The notes below the pieces were generated by a model that was not told the DNA's origin, did not search any database, and saw nothing but the letters and a program-made list of their open reading frames with translations. From the NCBI GenBank assembly GCA_964581295.1, contig CAZONX010000002.1, forward strand, positions 8,788 through 65,409: 56,622 nt of DNA, in the 5' to 3' direction. The stretch is from an uncultured Acidimicrobiaceae bacterium. Lineage in GTDB: Bacteria; Actinomycetota; Acidimicrobiia; Spongiisociales; UBA5794. A program made the position numbers and the translations under genes. Below are positions 1 to 9,019 of this stretch, piece by piece. Every line of letters starts with the position of its first letter. Position 1 is the first letter of the stretch.

Positions 1-90
1 TACATCACACAACGAGGCGGGCCAGGCCCACCTCACACGAACATCTCGTTGCACAGCCGAGTATAGGCAAAGCCCGCGGGTGTCGTTGAG

Positions 91-229
91 AAGTAGGAAG
101 ACACAAGTATCAAGTAGCAAGACAGGAGTCCGAAGACTCGGGTCGCAGATCGCGAGACCCACCGGCACAGCGGTTTGGGTCTTGCTACTTGCTACTTACT
201 ACTGGCCGCTACTTGCTACTCACTACGAG
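91..229. repeat. Heptamer-built inverted-repeat element, family A copy 1
   Basis: The arms are 91-123 (AAGTAGG AAGACAC AAGTATC AAGTAGC AAGAC) and 179-229 (GTCTTG CTACTTG CTACTTA ...). There is a perfect 13-bp IR at 111-123 / 179-191 with a 55-nt spacer. The element overlaps the proS stop. Confidence 0.85.
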
Positions 230-1918
230 GGCAGCGAGCTCCTCCGCCGCGGTCTCTATCGCGAGTTCTGACTGCTCGCCGCTGGCTCGCACGGCCAGCT
301 CGACGATTCCATCGGCGAGGCCGCGTGGGCCGACGGTGACGCGGAACGGAATGCCGATGAGTTCGGCATCCGCGAATTTGACGCCGGGTCGTTCGGCGCG
401 GTCGTCGATCAACACATCGATTCCCGATGAGCGCAGATCTCCGTAGAGCTGGTCGGCGACCGTCATGGTGTCTTCGTCGTCGGGCTTCACCACGGTGATC
501 ACCACCTCGTAGGGCGCGATCGCCACGGGCCACACGATGCCCTGGTCGTCGTGGTTCATCTCGACGGCCGCAGCGAGGTTCCGTTCGACACCAATGCCGT
601 AGGAGCCCATCACCAGCGGCACCATGGCGCCTTCGGCATCGAGCACCGTGGCACCAAGGGCCTCGGAGAACTTCGTTCCGAGCTTGAAGATATGCCCGGC
701 CTCGATACCCCGCAGCACCTCGAGCGGCTCTCCGCAGACGGGACAGCCTTCGCCGACGACCACGGTGCGGAGGTCCATCCACGCGGTAACGGTGATGTCT
801 CTTGCGACATCGACCCCTCGAAGGTGGTGGTCGTCGAGGTTGGCCCCGGTGACCATGTTGGTCCGCTCTGCGAGCTGCAAGTCGGCGAAGACGCGCGGAC
901 CGCTAACCCCCACTGCGCCGAGGCTGCCGGCGTCGGCACCGAGGAGCTCACGGATCTCTTCGGGGTGGCCGGGGCGGGCCTCGACCGCACCGGTCTCATC
1001 GAGCAGCTTCTGTTCTTGGAGGTCGTGGTCGCCGCGCAGCAGCACAAGCACCGCCTCACCGTCGAGCACATACACGAGTGTCTTGACTTGGCGATCCCCC
1101 GGCGCACCGCCTTCGAACTCGGCAAGGTCTTTGATCGTGCGCACGCCCGGTGTTGGAAAGCGCTCGACTTCCGTAGACCCTTGCGGATCTTCGATTCGGG
1201 GCAGCGTGGACGTCGCCCGCTCAACGTTGGCGGCATAGTCGCAGGCCGAGCAGTGGGCGACGTCGTCCTCGCCGGCCGGCGACGGCACGATGAACTCAAT
1301 CGAGTCCGTTCCACCCATGGCCCCCGACGATGCCTCGACCGGAATAGCCGTCACGCCGATCCGCCGGAACACGTTCGAGTAGGCCGCGAAGTGGCGGTCG
1401 AACTGGAGGTCGAGGCCGTCGCCGTCGAGGTCGAAGCTGTACGAGTCCTTCATGGTGAACTCTCGCACACGTAGCAGCCCGGCTTTCGGACGTGCCTCGT
1501 CGCGGAACTTCGTCTGGATCTGGTACCAGAGCTGTGGTAGGTGCTTGTACGACGTGACCTCGGTGGCGATCGTGGTGAAGATCTCCTCGTGCGTCGGGCC
1601 GAGCACGGCATCGCCGCCGCGCAGGTCGTTCAGCTTGAAGAGGATCTCCCCCATGGTGTCGAACCGGCCGGTGCGCTCCCAGATCTCACGCGGGTGGAGT
1701 GCCGGCAGCAACAGCTCCTGTCCGCCGATCGCGTCGATCTCTTCTCGGATGATTGCGATGATCTTCGACCGGACCCGGTAGCCGAGCGGCAGCAGCGAGT
1801 AGACACCGGCCATGAGCTGACGGACGTATCCACCGCGCACCAGCAATCGGTGGCTCACGGCGTCGGCGTCGGCCGGGTCGTCTCGGAGGGTTGGGATGAA
1901 CGCCTGTGACCAACGCAC
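209..1918 (-). CDS. proS: Prolyl-tRNA synthetase (bacterial type)
   Basis: 569-aa ORF. N-terminus MRWSQAFIPTLRDDPADADAVSHRLLVRGGYVRQ and a class II core typical of ProRS. Stop TAG (209-211) and the last codons lie inside a heptamer repeat arm. Confidence 0.95.
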   Translation of the reverse strand: MRWSQAFIPTLRDDPADADAVSHRLLVRGGYVRQLMAGVYSLLPLGYRVRSKIIAIIREEIDAIGGQELLLPALHPREIWERTGRFDTMGEILFKLNDLRGGDAVLGPTHEEIFTTIATEVTSYKHLPQLWYQIQTKFRDEARPKAGLLRVREFTMKDSYSFDLDGDGLDLQFDRHFAAYSNVFRRIGVTAIPVEASSGAMGGTDSIEFIVPSPAGEDDVAHCSACDYAANVERATSTLPRIEDPQGSTEVERFPTPGVRTIKDLAEFEGGAPGDRQVKTLVYVLDGEAVLVLLRGDHDLQEQKLLDETGAVEARPGHPEEIRELLGADAGSLGAVGVSGPRVFADLQLAERTNMVTGANLDDHHLRGVDVARDITVTAWMDLRTVVVGEGCPVCGEPLEVLRGIEAGHIFKLGTKFSEALGATVLDAEGAMVPLVMGSYGIGVERNLAAAVEMNHDDQGIVWPVAIAPYEVVITVVKPDDEDTMTVADQLYGDLRSSGIDVLIDDRAERPGVKFADAELIGIPFRVTVGPRGLADGIVELAVRASGEQSELAIETAAEELAALVVSSK

Positions 1919-1967
1919 GCACTGACTCCAGTGATCTCGGGGATCGCCGAGGATAGCGGTGGTGACG

Positions 1968-3341
1968 TCAGTCCACGGTCAGGTGGTATGCCCCGGGTCC
2001 GGACAGGTTGCCGTCTCCGACGATCACGAAGAACGATCCGGCCTCACCTGCGGTGAAGACAATCCTGGCATTGCTGCCGAAGAGGCCTCCTCCCGAATCG
2101 TCGTCGACGGCGCGCAGGAAGCCTCGCCCCTCCGGTCCGTCAACCATGAGCACGGGATCGAACGTGATCGCGTCGACGTCGAGGGTGATCGCTTGCCCTT
2201 TGCCGAGGTCGACCCGGTGCCAATCGAAGTCACCCGGATAGTCGATGTTCCCGGTGATCGTGGAATTGCGCGCGAGAACGCGCCCGTCGTCCGGGTCGGG
2301 CCACGGCGTGAGGTCAACGTTGCTCCGGAGGCGGACCTCGCCCGCACCGGAGAGGTTCTCGACCCGCAAGACGTGGGGTCCTCGATAGGTGATGAGCTCG
2401 TCGATGCGCTCGTCGCCGTTCTCGGTGTCATCGGCGGTCGCGATCTCGAGACCGTCGATGGTGGAAAGCGTGAGCGATGCGTCAGATTCGCTGCTCGCAT
2501 CGAACGAGACGTCGGAATAGAGCGCCGGCTCGAAGACCAGCACGTACTCTTGCCACACGTTTTCAAACGAGAGGCGATGCAGGTCTGTGCCGTTGGCGGT
2601 CGGTGGGCGGCGATCGCCGAGTTCGGATCCCTGCGGCCCGGCCCGCATGCGTTCGACTGTCGCCGCTGCGTCGGTGATGGATCCGGAGAGCCCGAACTCT
2701 TCGAGGAAGCTGAAGTTCGTGATCCCCACGACAGTGCCGTCCTCGTCCACGAGGGCTCCGCCGCTCTGGCCGCCGACCACCGTGGTGTCCGATTGCAGGA
2801 ACGTCCACTCTCCCACCGTCCACTCCCGGGTACGAGACAAGATCCCTTCGGTGATGGTCGGCTGTGGAAAGGACTCCGATTCGCCCGGGTAGCCGACGAG
2901 GTAGACCGGGCGGCCCAAGGGGATGTCCTCGCCGCTGTCGAGCTCGGCCGGCTTCGGCAGATTCGCTGTGCCGGACACGTCGAGGATGGCGACGTCGCCG
3001 AAGAGATCCGCTCCGATGACCGGTGCGTCTCGGACCTCGGTCCCGTTTGGGAACACCACACGCGCCTCGCGGTAGGGCCATACGACGTGCGCGGCTGTGA
3101 GCACCGTGTCCGCGTCGATCAATATGCCGCTGCCGCCGGCAATGTCGGTCTCGATCGAAGCGATCGACGGTGCTACCTGCTCATAGATCTGCTCGGCCCG
3201 AGTCGGTTCGGCCGCCGTTGTTGCCGTGATCTCGGTTGGAACCGATTTCGTGGTGGTTGTTGACGGCTCGCCGGCAGAGGTGCACGCGGCCACAGCCACA
3301 GCCATTGCGGCGCACGCAGCTCCGACCCGGCGCCGGTTCAA
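1968..3341 (-). CDS. Secreted lipoprotein, trypsin-like serine protease with C-terminal PPC-like domain
   Basis: TTG start overlaps the ispG stop (TTGA). Signal peptide MNRRRVGAACAAMAVAVAAC carries a lipobox. Triad contexts are TAAHVV, DVAILDV and GQSGGALV. The C-terminus DYPGDFDWHRV...GAYHLTVD resembles the bacterial pre-peptidase C-terminal domain. Confidence 0.8.
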   Translation of the reverse strand: MNRRRVGAACAAMAVAVAACTSAGEPSTTTTKSVPTEITATTAAEPTRAEQIYEQVAPSIASIETDIAGGSGILIDADTVLTAAHVVWPYREARVVFPNGTEVRDAPVIGADLFGDVAILDVSGTANLPKPAELDSGEDIPLGRPVYLVGYPGESESFPQPTITEGILSRTREWTVGEWTFLQSDTTVVGGQSGGALVDEDGTVVGITNFSFLEEFGLSGSITDAAATVERMRAGPQGSELGDRRPPTANGTDLHRLSFENVWQEYVLVFEPALYSDVSFDASSESDASLTLSTIDGLEIATADDTENGDERIDELITYRGPHVLRVENLSGAGEVRLRSNVDLTPWPDPDDGRVLARNSTITGNIDYPGDFDWHRVDLGKGQAITLDVDAITFDPVLMVDGPEGRGFLRAVDDDSGGGLFGSNARIVFTAGEAGSFFVIVGDGNLSGPGAYHLTVD

Positions 3342-4555
3342 CTGGGATCTCCGGCGGCGACATCGGCCACGGTCGCCCGCCGCTGGGCGGCGCGGTTTGC
3401 GTCTCCCTGAAGGTCCAGGAGCTCGATGCGAGCCTCTTCAGCGAGGTCGGCTGCCGAGAGGTCCGCGGCCGCCAGGCGAGCTTCGACGCCTTCTTCGACC
3501 AGGCGCGTCGCTTCGTCGAGGAGGGCTTCGACCATCTCGTCTTCGGCCACGACGCGTACGACCTGCCCCTTGATGAAGAGATGCCCCTTGCCGCGCCCCG
3601 CTGCGATCCCAATATCGGCTTCGCGAGCTTCCCCGGGACCATTGACGATGCAGCCCATGATCGCCACCTGGATCGGGAGGTTCGCTGCCTCGAGCGCCTC
3701 GGTGGCTTCCTTGGCAACCTTGATGACGTCGACATCGGCTCGTCCGCACGACGGGCAGGCAACGAGGTCGAGTCCGGTGCGTTCGCGCAGGCCGAGGTAT
3801 TCGAGCAGTTGTCGTCCGGCCTTGGCTTCTTCCACCGGGTCGGCGGTGAGTGAGAAACGGATCGTGTCCCCGATGCCTTCGAGCAGCAGCGTGGCGATCC
3901 CGGCAACCGACTTGATCAGACCACCCGGCGGCGGCCCGGCTTCGGTGACGCCGAGGTGTAGCGGATACTCGACGCGTTCGGCGAGGAGCCGATAGGACTC
4001 GACCATGCGCGGGACGTTCGAGTGCTTCACCGAGATCTTGATGTCGTGGAATCCGACGTCTTCGAGGTAGCGGATCTCAGCCAGCGCCGAACGAACGAGC
4101 GCCTCCGGCACGGCAGAACCGAACTCTTCGAGGAGATCCTTGTCGAGCGAGCCGGCGTTGACGCCGACGCGAATCGACACGCCGGCATCGGCGGCAGCGC
4201 GTGCGACCGTCTTGATGTGCTCTTCTTTGCGGATGTTGCCCGGATTGAGCCGCAGACCGGCGACGCCGGCCTCGAGGGCGGCGAGGGCGAGGCGGTACTG
4301 ATAGTGGATGTCGGCGATGATCGGAACGGGTGAACGCGGGACAATCTCCGCGAGGCCTTGTGCTGCTTCGGTGTCGTTGCAGGTGATGCGAACGATGTCT
4401 GCCCCGGCGCCGCGCAGCGCGTACACCTGCGACAGCGTGGCGTCGACATCGGCTGTCTTGGTGGTGGTCATCGACTGCACACTGATCGGCGCGCCGCCCC
4501 CAACGGCCACGTCCCCCACCATGACCTGTCGCGATTCCCGCCGTTCGATGCTCAT
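3338..4555 (-). CDS. ispG: 4-hydroxy-3-methylbut-2-en-1-yl diphosphate synthase (MEP pathway)
   Basis: 405-aa ORF with the typical GcpE N-terminus (RRESRQVMVGDVAVGGGAPISVQSMT) and C-terminal Fe-S cysteines (ACPSCGR ... GCIVNGPGE). Lies in dxr/rseP synteny. Confidence 0.95.
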   Translation of the reverse strand: MSIERRESRQVMVGDVAVGGGAPISVQSMTTTKTADVDATLSQVYALRGAGADIVRITCNDTEAAQGLAEIVPRSPVPIIADIHYQYRLALAALEAGVAGLRLNPGNIRKEEHIKTVARAAADAGVSIRVGVNAGSLDKDLLEEFGSAVPEALVRSALAEIRYLEDVGFHDIKISVKHSNVPRMVESYRLLAERVEYPLHLGVTEAGPPPGGLIKSVAGIATLLLEGIGDTIRFSLTADPVEEAKAGRQLLEYLGLRERTGLDLVACPSCGRADVDVIKVAKEATEALEAANLPIQVAIMGCIVNGPGEAREADIGIAAGRGKGHLFIKGQVVRVVAEDEMVEALLDEATRLVEEGVEARLAAADLSAADLAEEARIELLDLQGDANRAAQRRATVADVAAGDPS

Positions 4556-4604
4556 GAGATCAATGGTAGGAGGTCAACGGTCCGAGTAGCGGAGGAGAGA
4601 AGAG

Positions 4605-4651
4605 GTCGCCAGTCAAGACGCGATGGATCCGGTCTCGAGTCTTGCTACTTG
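4605..4651. repeat. Hybrid repeat element (family B 10-mer + family A 13-mer)
   Basis: GTCGCCAGTC at 4605-4614, CAAGAC at 4614-4619, and GTCTTGCTACTTG at 4639-4651 (identical to 179-191). Lies between the rseP stop and the ispG start. Confidence 0.75.
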
Positions 4652-4652
4652 C

Positions 4653-5810
4653 CTACAACTGGATCGGTTTGAAGATGTCGAGGTAGACGCCCATGAGTCC
4701 AACGGTGATGAGGAACACCACGACGACGGCGGCCACGGGCATGAGCTTGCGGATGTCGGGGACCCGACCGCGCACCTTCTCGTAGAGGGCCACCGCGAAG
4801 TGACCACCGTCGAGCGGATACAGCGGGATGAAGTTCAGAATGCCGACGAAGACGTTGACGAGGGCGAGAATCGTGAGCGTGGTCTCCATCGGTCCGGCGA
4901 GCCGCGCCAACCCGATCGGGCTGATCGGGCGAACCTCGTCCAGCACCTCGTCGCTCCCGCCGAACACCGAGACCACCAACTGGGGGAACCCGATGATCAT
5001 GCGGCCCAGGCCGTAGACACTTTGGCCGATCGCTTCCCATATCCCGCCAATGGTTGCTCCGGCGACCTCGACCGGGCCGAGCTGGTTTCGCTCGATCTCG
5101 GGGGCCGCCCCGAAATAGCCGACTTCTTCGTAGACGGGATCGCCGTTCTCGTCGGTGGCGACCTCATCGTTGACCTCGACGGGACGCTCCCGGAACGCGA
5201 GCGTCACATTCGCTTCGGCCACGGTGCCGTCTCGCAGGTAGCCGATGCGCACCGTCTCGCCGCCGTCCGCGGCGACTCCGTCGACGAACTCATCCCACGT
5301 TGCGACCGGAACGCCCTCATACGCCTGCACAACGTCGCCGGCCTCGAATCCGGCGATGACGCTCGGAGACACGTCTCCCGATGGTGTCTCGACGGCGATC
5401 ACTGCAATGGTCAACGACGGCACCGGATCGCCGGCCTCGTCTGTAGCAACTTCGCCCCAGGTCAGAAAGACGATGGAGAGAAGGATCGCCGCCATAACGA
5501 AGTGGCTGAAGACGCCGGCGAGCACGACGACCGACTTCTTCCAGAACACGGACTCGCGATACGTGCGGCCCTCGTCTTCCGGAGCGACCTCTTCGAACGG
5601 ATTCATACCGATGATCCGGACGTAGCCGCCGAGAGGAATCGCCTTGATTCCGTACTCGGTCTCGCCCCGTGTCGTGGACCAGATGCGGGGTCCGAACCCG
5701 AAGAACGCCTCGGTGGCTTTCATGCCGAACGATTTCGCCGCCACGAAATGCGCACCCTCGTGTATGACGATCATGGCGACGACGCCGATGATCATCACCG
5801 CGGTCCCCAT
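4653..5810 (-). CDS. rseP: M50 site-2 (RIP) zinc metalloprotease, RseP/Rip1-like
   Basis: HEGAHF (HExxH) in the first TM segment, a central PDZ-like region, a C-terminal NFIPLYPLDGG motif, and position between dxr and ispG as in Actinobacteria. Confidence 0.9.
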   Translation of the reverse strand: MGTAVMIIGVVAMIVIHEGAHFVAAKSFGMKATEAFFGFGPRIWSTTRGETEYGIKAIPLGGYVRIIGMNPFEEVAPEDEGRTYRESVFWKKSVVVLAGVFSHFVMAAILLSIVFLTWGEVATDEAGDPVPSLTIAVIAVETPSGDVSPSVIAGFEAGDVVQAYEGVPVATWDEFVDGVAADGGETVRIGYLRDGTVAEANVTLAFRERPVEVNDEVATDENGDPVYEEVGYFGAAPEIERNQLGPVEVAGATIGGIWEAIGQSVYGLGRMIIGFPQLVVSVFGGSDEVLDEVRPISPIGLARLAGPMETTLTILALVNVFVGILNFIPLYPLDGGHFAVALYEKVRGRVPDIRKLMPVAAVVVVFLITVGLMGVYLDIFKPIQL

Positions 5811-5863
5811 CAGCGGTCTCCCTTGGCCGGTTCCATGCCGTCAAAGCTACCGGGGAAGGCCAT

Positions 5864-7033
5864 CTACCGGGCCGCCCGGGCGGCAACCGAGCGGCGTGCT
5901 GCGTCTCGTCCGGCCTCGTCCGCTGCGAGTGCCTCTTCAAGGGTGTCGATCGGGCCGCCCGGCACCACGTCGAGAGCATCGGATACGACCTCGACGATCT
6001 CGGTGAATCCGATTCGTCGGTCGAGGAAGGCCGCAACCGCGATCTCGTCGGCGGCGTTGAGCACGGCGGGTCCGTTTCCGCCCCTGCGTCCTGCGGCGTA
6101 GCCGAGATCGAGCGCCGGGAATCGCGCACGGTCTGGCTCCGAGAAGGTGAGGTCAACGCCGATGAGGTTGAACGGCTGCGCGATGCCGGCCGTTCGGGTG
6201 GGTGCCGTCAGAGCATGCTGGATCGGCTTGCGCATGTCGGGTGGCCCGAGTTCCGCCTTGACGACGCCGTCGGTGAATTCGACGAAGGAGTGCACGAAGC
6301 TCTTCGGATGGATGACGACGTCGATCTGGTCGTACGCGAGGCCGAACAGGAAGTGCGCCTCAATTACCTCGAACGCCTTGTTCATGAGGGTCGCCGAGTC
6401 GATCGAGATCCTGCGTCCCATGTCCCATGTCGGGTGGGCGAGTGCGTCGTCCACCGATACGTGGGTCAGGTCAACGTCCGGGTGTGCGTGGAATGGGCCA
6501 CCCGAGGCGGTGAGGATGACACGGCGGACGGCGTCTGCCGGCTCGCCGATCAGGCATTGCCAAATCGCCGAATGCTCGCTGTCGACCGGAATCAGCTCCC
6601 CGTGTCCCGAGCGAAGGGCGCCCATGATCAGCGGCCCGCCGGTCAGCAGGCTCTCCTTGTTGGCAAGGCCGAGACGATTTCCCGCTTCGAGAGCGGCAAG
6701 CGATGCGGCCAGACCCGAGGCGCCAACGATGCCGTTCACCACGGTTGTGCCGGGGATTCGTGCGAGATCGGCGACGGCGTCGGGGCCATATGCGATACGG
6801 TGCGAGATGCTGGCTTCCACGGGTGCCTCCGGCGCTCGTGCAACAGCGAGGCGAGCGTCGGGATAGCGTCGGGCGATCGCTAGCAGCGAATCGGACACAG
6901 ATCCGGCTGCGGCCGCCACCACCGGGAGGTCGTGTCGATCGGCAACTTCGATTGTCTGGGTGCCGATCGAGCCCGTCGCTCCGAGAACGACGACCGGGGT
7001 CAGAGCAGCCCGGCCCACACGAACACGGCCCAC
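5864..7033 (-). CDS. dxr: 1-deoxy-D-xylulose 5-phosphate reductoisomerase
   Basis: VVVLGATGSIGTQT NADPH-binding N-terminus and a Dxr core (LANKESL, DSEHSAI). Start is uncertain (GTG at 7033 or 7018); either overlaps the cdsA stop. Confidence 0.93.
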   Translation of the reverse strand: MGRVRVGRAALTPVVVLGATGSIGTQTIEVADRHDLPVVAAAAGSVSDSLLAIARRYPDARLAVARAPEAPVEASISHRIAYGPDAVADLARIPGTTVVNGIVGASGLAASLAALEAGNRLGLANKESLLTGGPLIMGALRSGHGELIPVDSEHSAIWQCLIGEPADAVRRVILTASGGPFHAHPDVDLTHVSVDDALAHPTWDMGRRISIDSATLMNKAFEVIEAHFLFGLAYDQIDVVIHPKSFVHSFVEFTDGVVKAELGPPDMRKPIQHALTAPTRTAGIAQPFNLIGVDLTFSEPDRARFPALDLGYAAGRRGGNGPAVLNAADEIAVAAFLDRRIGFTEIVEVVSDALDVVPGGPIDTLEEALAADEAGRDAARRSVAARAAR

Positions 7034-9006
7034 GCTGCCGGGACGACGGCGATGATCGCGTCGATCCGGTCGAGGAGACCGCCATGGCCCGGGAGAATCG
7101 ATCCCATGTCCTTGATGTCGAGCGATCTCTTCACCACGGATACGGCAAGGTCACCGAGCGGTGCGAAGATCGCGACGACAGCACCGAGAACGAGTCCGGT
7201 TGGCAGATCAATCGATTCGACGAAGAAGCTCGCTCCCGCTCCGGCCAGGAAAGCCATGAACGTGCCACCGACGAAGCCCTCGATGGTCTTCTTCGGCGAG
7301 ATGGTGGGAGCGAACGGCCGTCGCCCGATCGACGAGCCCACGAAGTAGGCGGCGATGTCCACCAGCGCAACCATCGCAACGACGGTGAACACCAGGATCT
7401 GATACTCCTCGGCGGCAATGATCGGGAATGCGAACGACCCGAAGCCGCCGATCCACCCGGCCACGAGCAGGGTGAGCGCGAAACCGCTCACAGCTCCTAT
7501 GCGTCGTTGGCTCACCGCACCGTAGAGCAGGATCACCGTTGCCATGAGCGCGAACGAGATCGGAATGGCGATCACGCCCCACACCACAGCGCCGAGCCCG
7601 GCGGCGATGATGCCGACGAAGCCAAATATGGACATGGGCTTGTAGCGGCGGTGCATGAGGGCGCTGTAGAACTCGCCGGCAGCGACCACGAACGCGGCGA
7701 GAGCCAACACGGTGATGGCGGGACGCCACAGCAGTGACAACAGGAAGGCCGCAACGAGAGCGATCCCGGTGCCGACACGCGGCAGCAGATTCGAAGCCTT
7801 TCGAGGAGCGGCAGGCGTGGTGTCGTCGCCGGCAGCCACGACGTCATCGAATCCCACCACACCCGACTCGAGACCTGGGATCGCGGCGGAGATCGCCACC
7901 TGCTGTGTGTCTTCCGAGTCGGCCTGCTCGATTGCTGCGGCGAGATCCTGGTGATCGCGCGTTCCTGTCTGGACGTAGTGCTCGTCTGTGAGGTCGCCGT
8001 AGTCGAAGACCGAAGAGGCAGCACCGGCCCCGCCCGCCACAGCGGCGGCGGCGGCGCCGATGATCGGGATCTCCCCGGTGTCGTCATCGCCGTCTTCGTC
8101 GGGTTCCGGGCCATCATCGGGTGCGTCGCTTGTTGCGGCAGCGTCGATTGGTACGGCGGGAATCACCGAGAGCCGGTCACGATCATCTGCGTCGGCTCGG
8201 TCCGCGACCTCTTCAGGAATCTCGGCGACCGGCTCAACGTCTGCAACGGCGTCGTCACGTTCAGCGTCTGCTTCCACAATCGGCTCGGCGGCGTCCGTTT
8301 CGTCGTCGCCACTGGACATCGCTTCCGGTGGAGCGCCGGCATCCGCTTCTGGCTCAGGCTCGGCTTCGTCATCCGGTTCCTCAGCGGCTGGATCGTCGTC
8401 GGACTCATCCGACTCATCCGCGGCCGCCTCTGCGTCGTCATCCGAACCGTCGAGGAAGAACTCGATCGTGTCTTCGTGGGGTTCGTCGTCGTCATCGTCC
8501 TCATCGTCGTCTGCGTCGATGACGGCCTCCGCCGGCGATGCGTCCGTCGCACCATCGTCAAGCAGTGCCGCTTCGACTTGCGCGGAATCATCCGTGACGT
8601 CGATGACCACATCGGTATCGCCTGCGCTTGGAGCATCGGCGTTCGCTCCGCTCGAGAACGCCACCCAATCGGCAATCTCTGCAGCGGCATCGTCCCCGTC
8701 GACGAGGGCTGCGTACGGGTCGCTGTCGGCGGATTCTTCGCCGTCGAGCCAGCCGTCAAATCCCGGATCGGACGGCGCCGGTCGGAGTTCGATGTCGTCG
8801 CCGGGTTCCGGCACGTCGAGCTCGCCGGTTGATTCGGGGTCGTGGCCGTCCATATCCCCTGACAGTACCTCGGCTTGGGGCTCGAACGGCGCATTCACGG
8901 ACTCGCGATCGACGGCGAACGCGTCGTCGCTTCCGGCAGAACTCGACGTTGCATCTTCGCCCGACATTGCGTCCGCGTTCGAGGGCGCGTCGTCATCGGT
9001 TGGCAT
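7000..9006 (-). CDS. cdsA: Phosphatidate cytidylyltransferase with ~400-aa acidic low-complexity N-terminal extension
   Basis: The C-terminal 267 aa (7000-7803) is a multi-TM CdsA core with the signature SxxKRxxxxKDxGxxxPGHGGxxDRxD (VKRSLDIKDMGSILPGHGGLLDRID). I chose ATG 9006 (GGAGG upstream) because the ORF-track start at 9075 would overlap frr by 56 nt. Confidence 0.8.
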   Translation of the reverse strand: MPTDDDAPSNADAMSGEDATSSSAGSDDAFAVDRESVNAPFEPQAEVLSGDMDGHDPESTGELDVPEPGDDIELRPAPSDPGFDGWLDGEESADSDPYAALVDGDDAAAEIADWVAFSSGANADAPSAGDTDVVIDVTDDSAQVEAALLDDGATDASPAEAVIDADDDEDDDDDEPHEDTIEFFLDGSDDDAEAAADESDESDDDPAAEEPDDEAEPEPEADAGAPPEAMSSGDDETDAAEPIVEADAERDDAVADVEPVAEIPEEVADRADADDRDRLSVIPAVPIDAAATSDAPDDGPEPDEDGDDDTGEIPIIGAAAAAVAGGAGAASSVFDYGDLTDEHYVQTGTRDHQDLAAAIEQADSEDTQQVAISAAIPGLESGVVGFDDVVAAGDDTTPAAPRKASNLLPRVGTGIALVAAFLLSLLWRPAITVLALAAFVVAAGEFYSALMHRRYKPMSIFGFVGIIAAGLGAVVWGVIAIPISFALMATVILLYGAVSQRRIGAVSGFALTLLVAGWIGGFGSFAFPIIAAEEYQILVFTVVAMVALVDIAAYFVGSSIGRRPFAPTISPKKTIEGFVGGTFMAFLAGAGASFFVESIDLPTGLVLGAVVAIFAPLGDLAVSVVKRSLDIKDMGSILPGHGGLLDRIDAIIAVVPAAWAVFVWAGLL

Positions 9007-9019
9007 TGGCGCGCCTCCG

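Noticed and set aside
1-90. Possible tRNA or small RNA gene at the window start (short stems AACGAG/CTCGTT and GGGCC/GGCCC).
   Set aside because: There is no T-loop (GGTTCGAATCC-like) or D-loop signature and no cloverleaf could be drawn. It is more likely part of the repeat element flank, which includes the AAGCCCGCGG box at 70-79.
1959-3263. 434-aa plus-strand ORF opposite the protease gene. Similar long antisense ORFs occur at 551-1474, 21372-22622, 21938-23380, 25274-26362, 26278-27420, 30463-32070, 43780-45003 and 50648-52027.
   Set aside because: These are mirror ORFs, which are typical of high-GC DNA. Their products are Arg/Pro/Gly/His-rich with no recognisable motifs. In every case the opposite strand carries a gene with clear family signatures and the better GC3 pattern.
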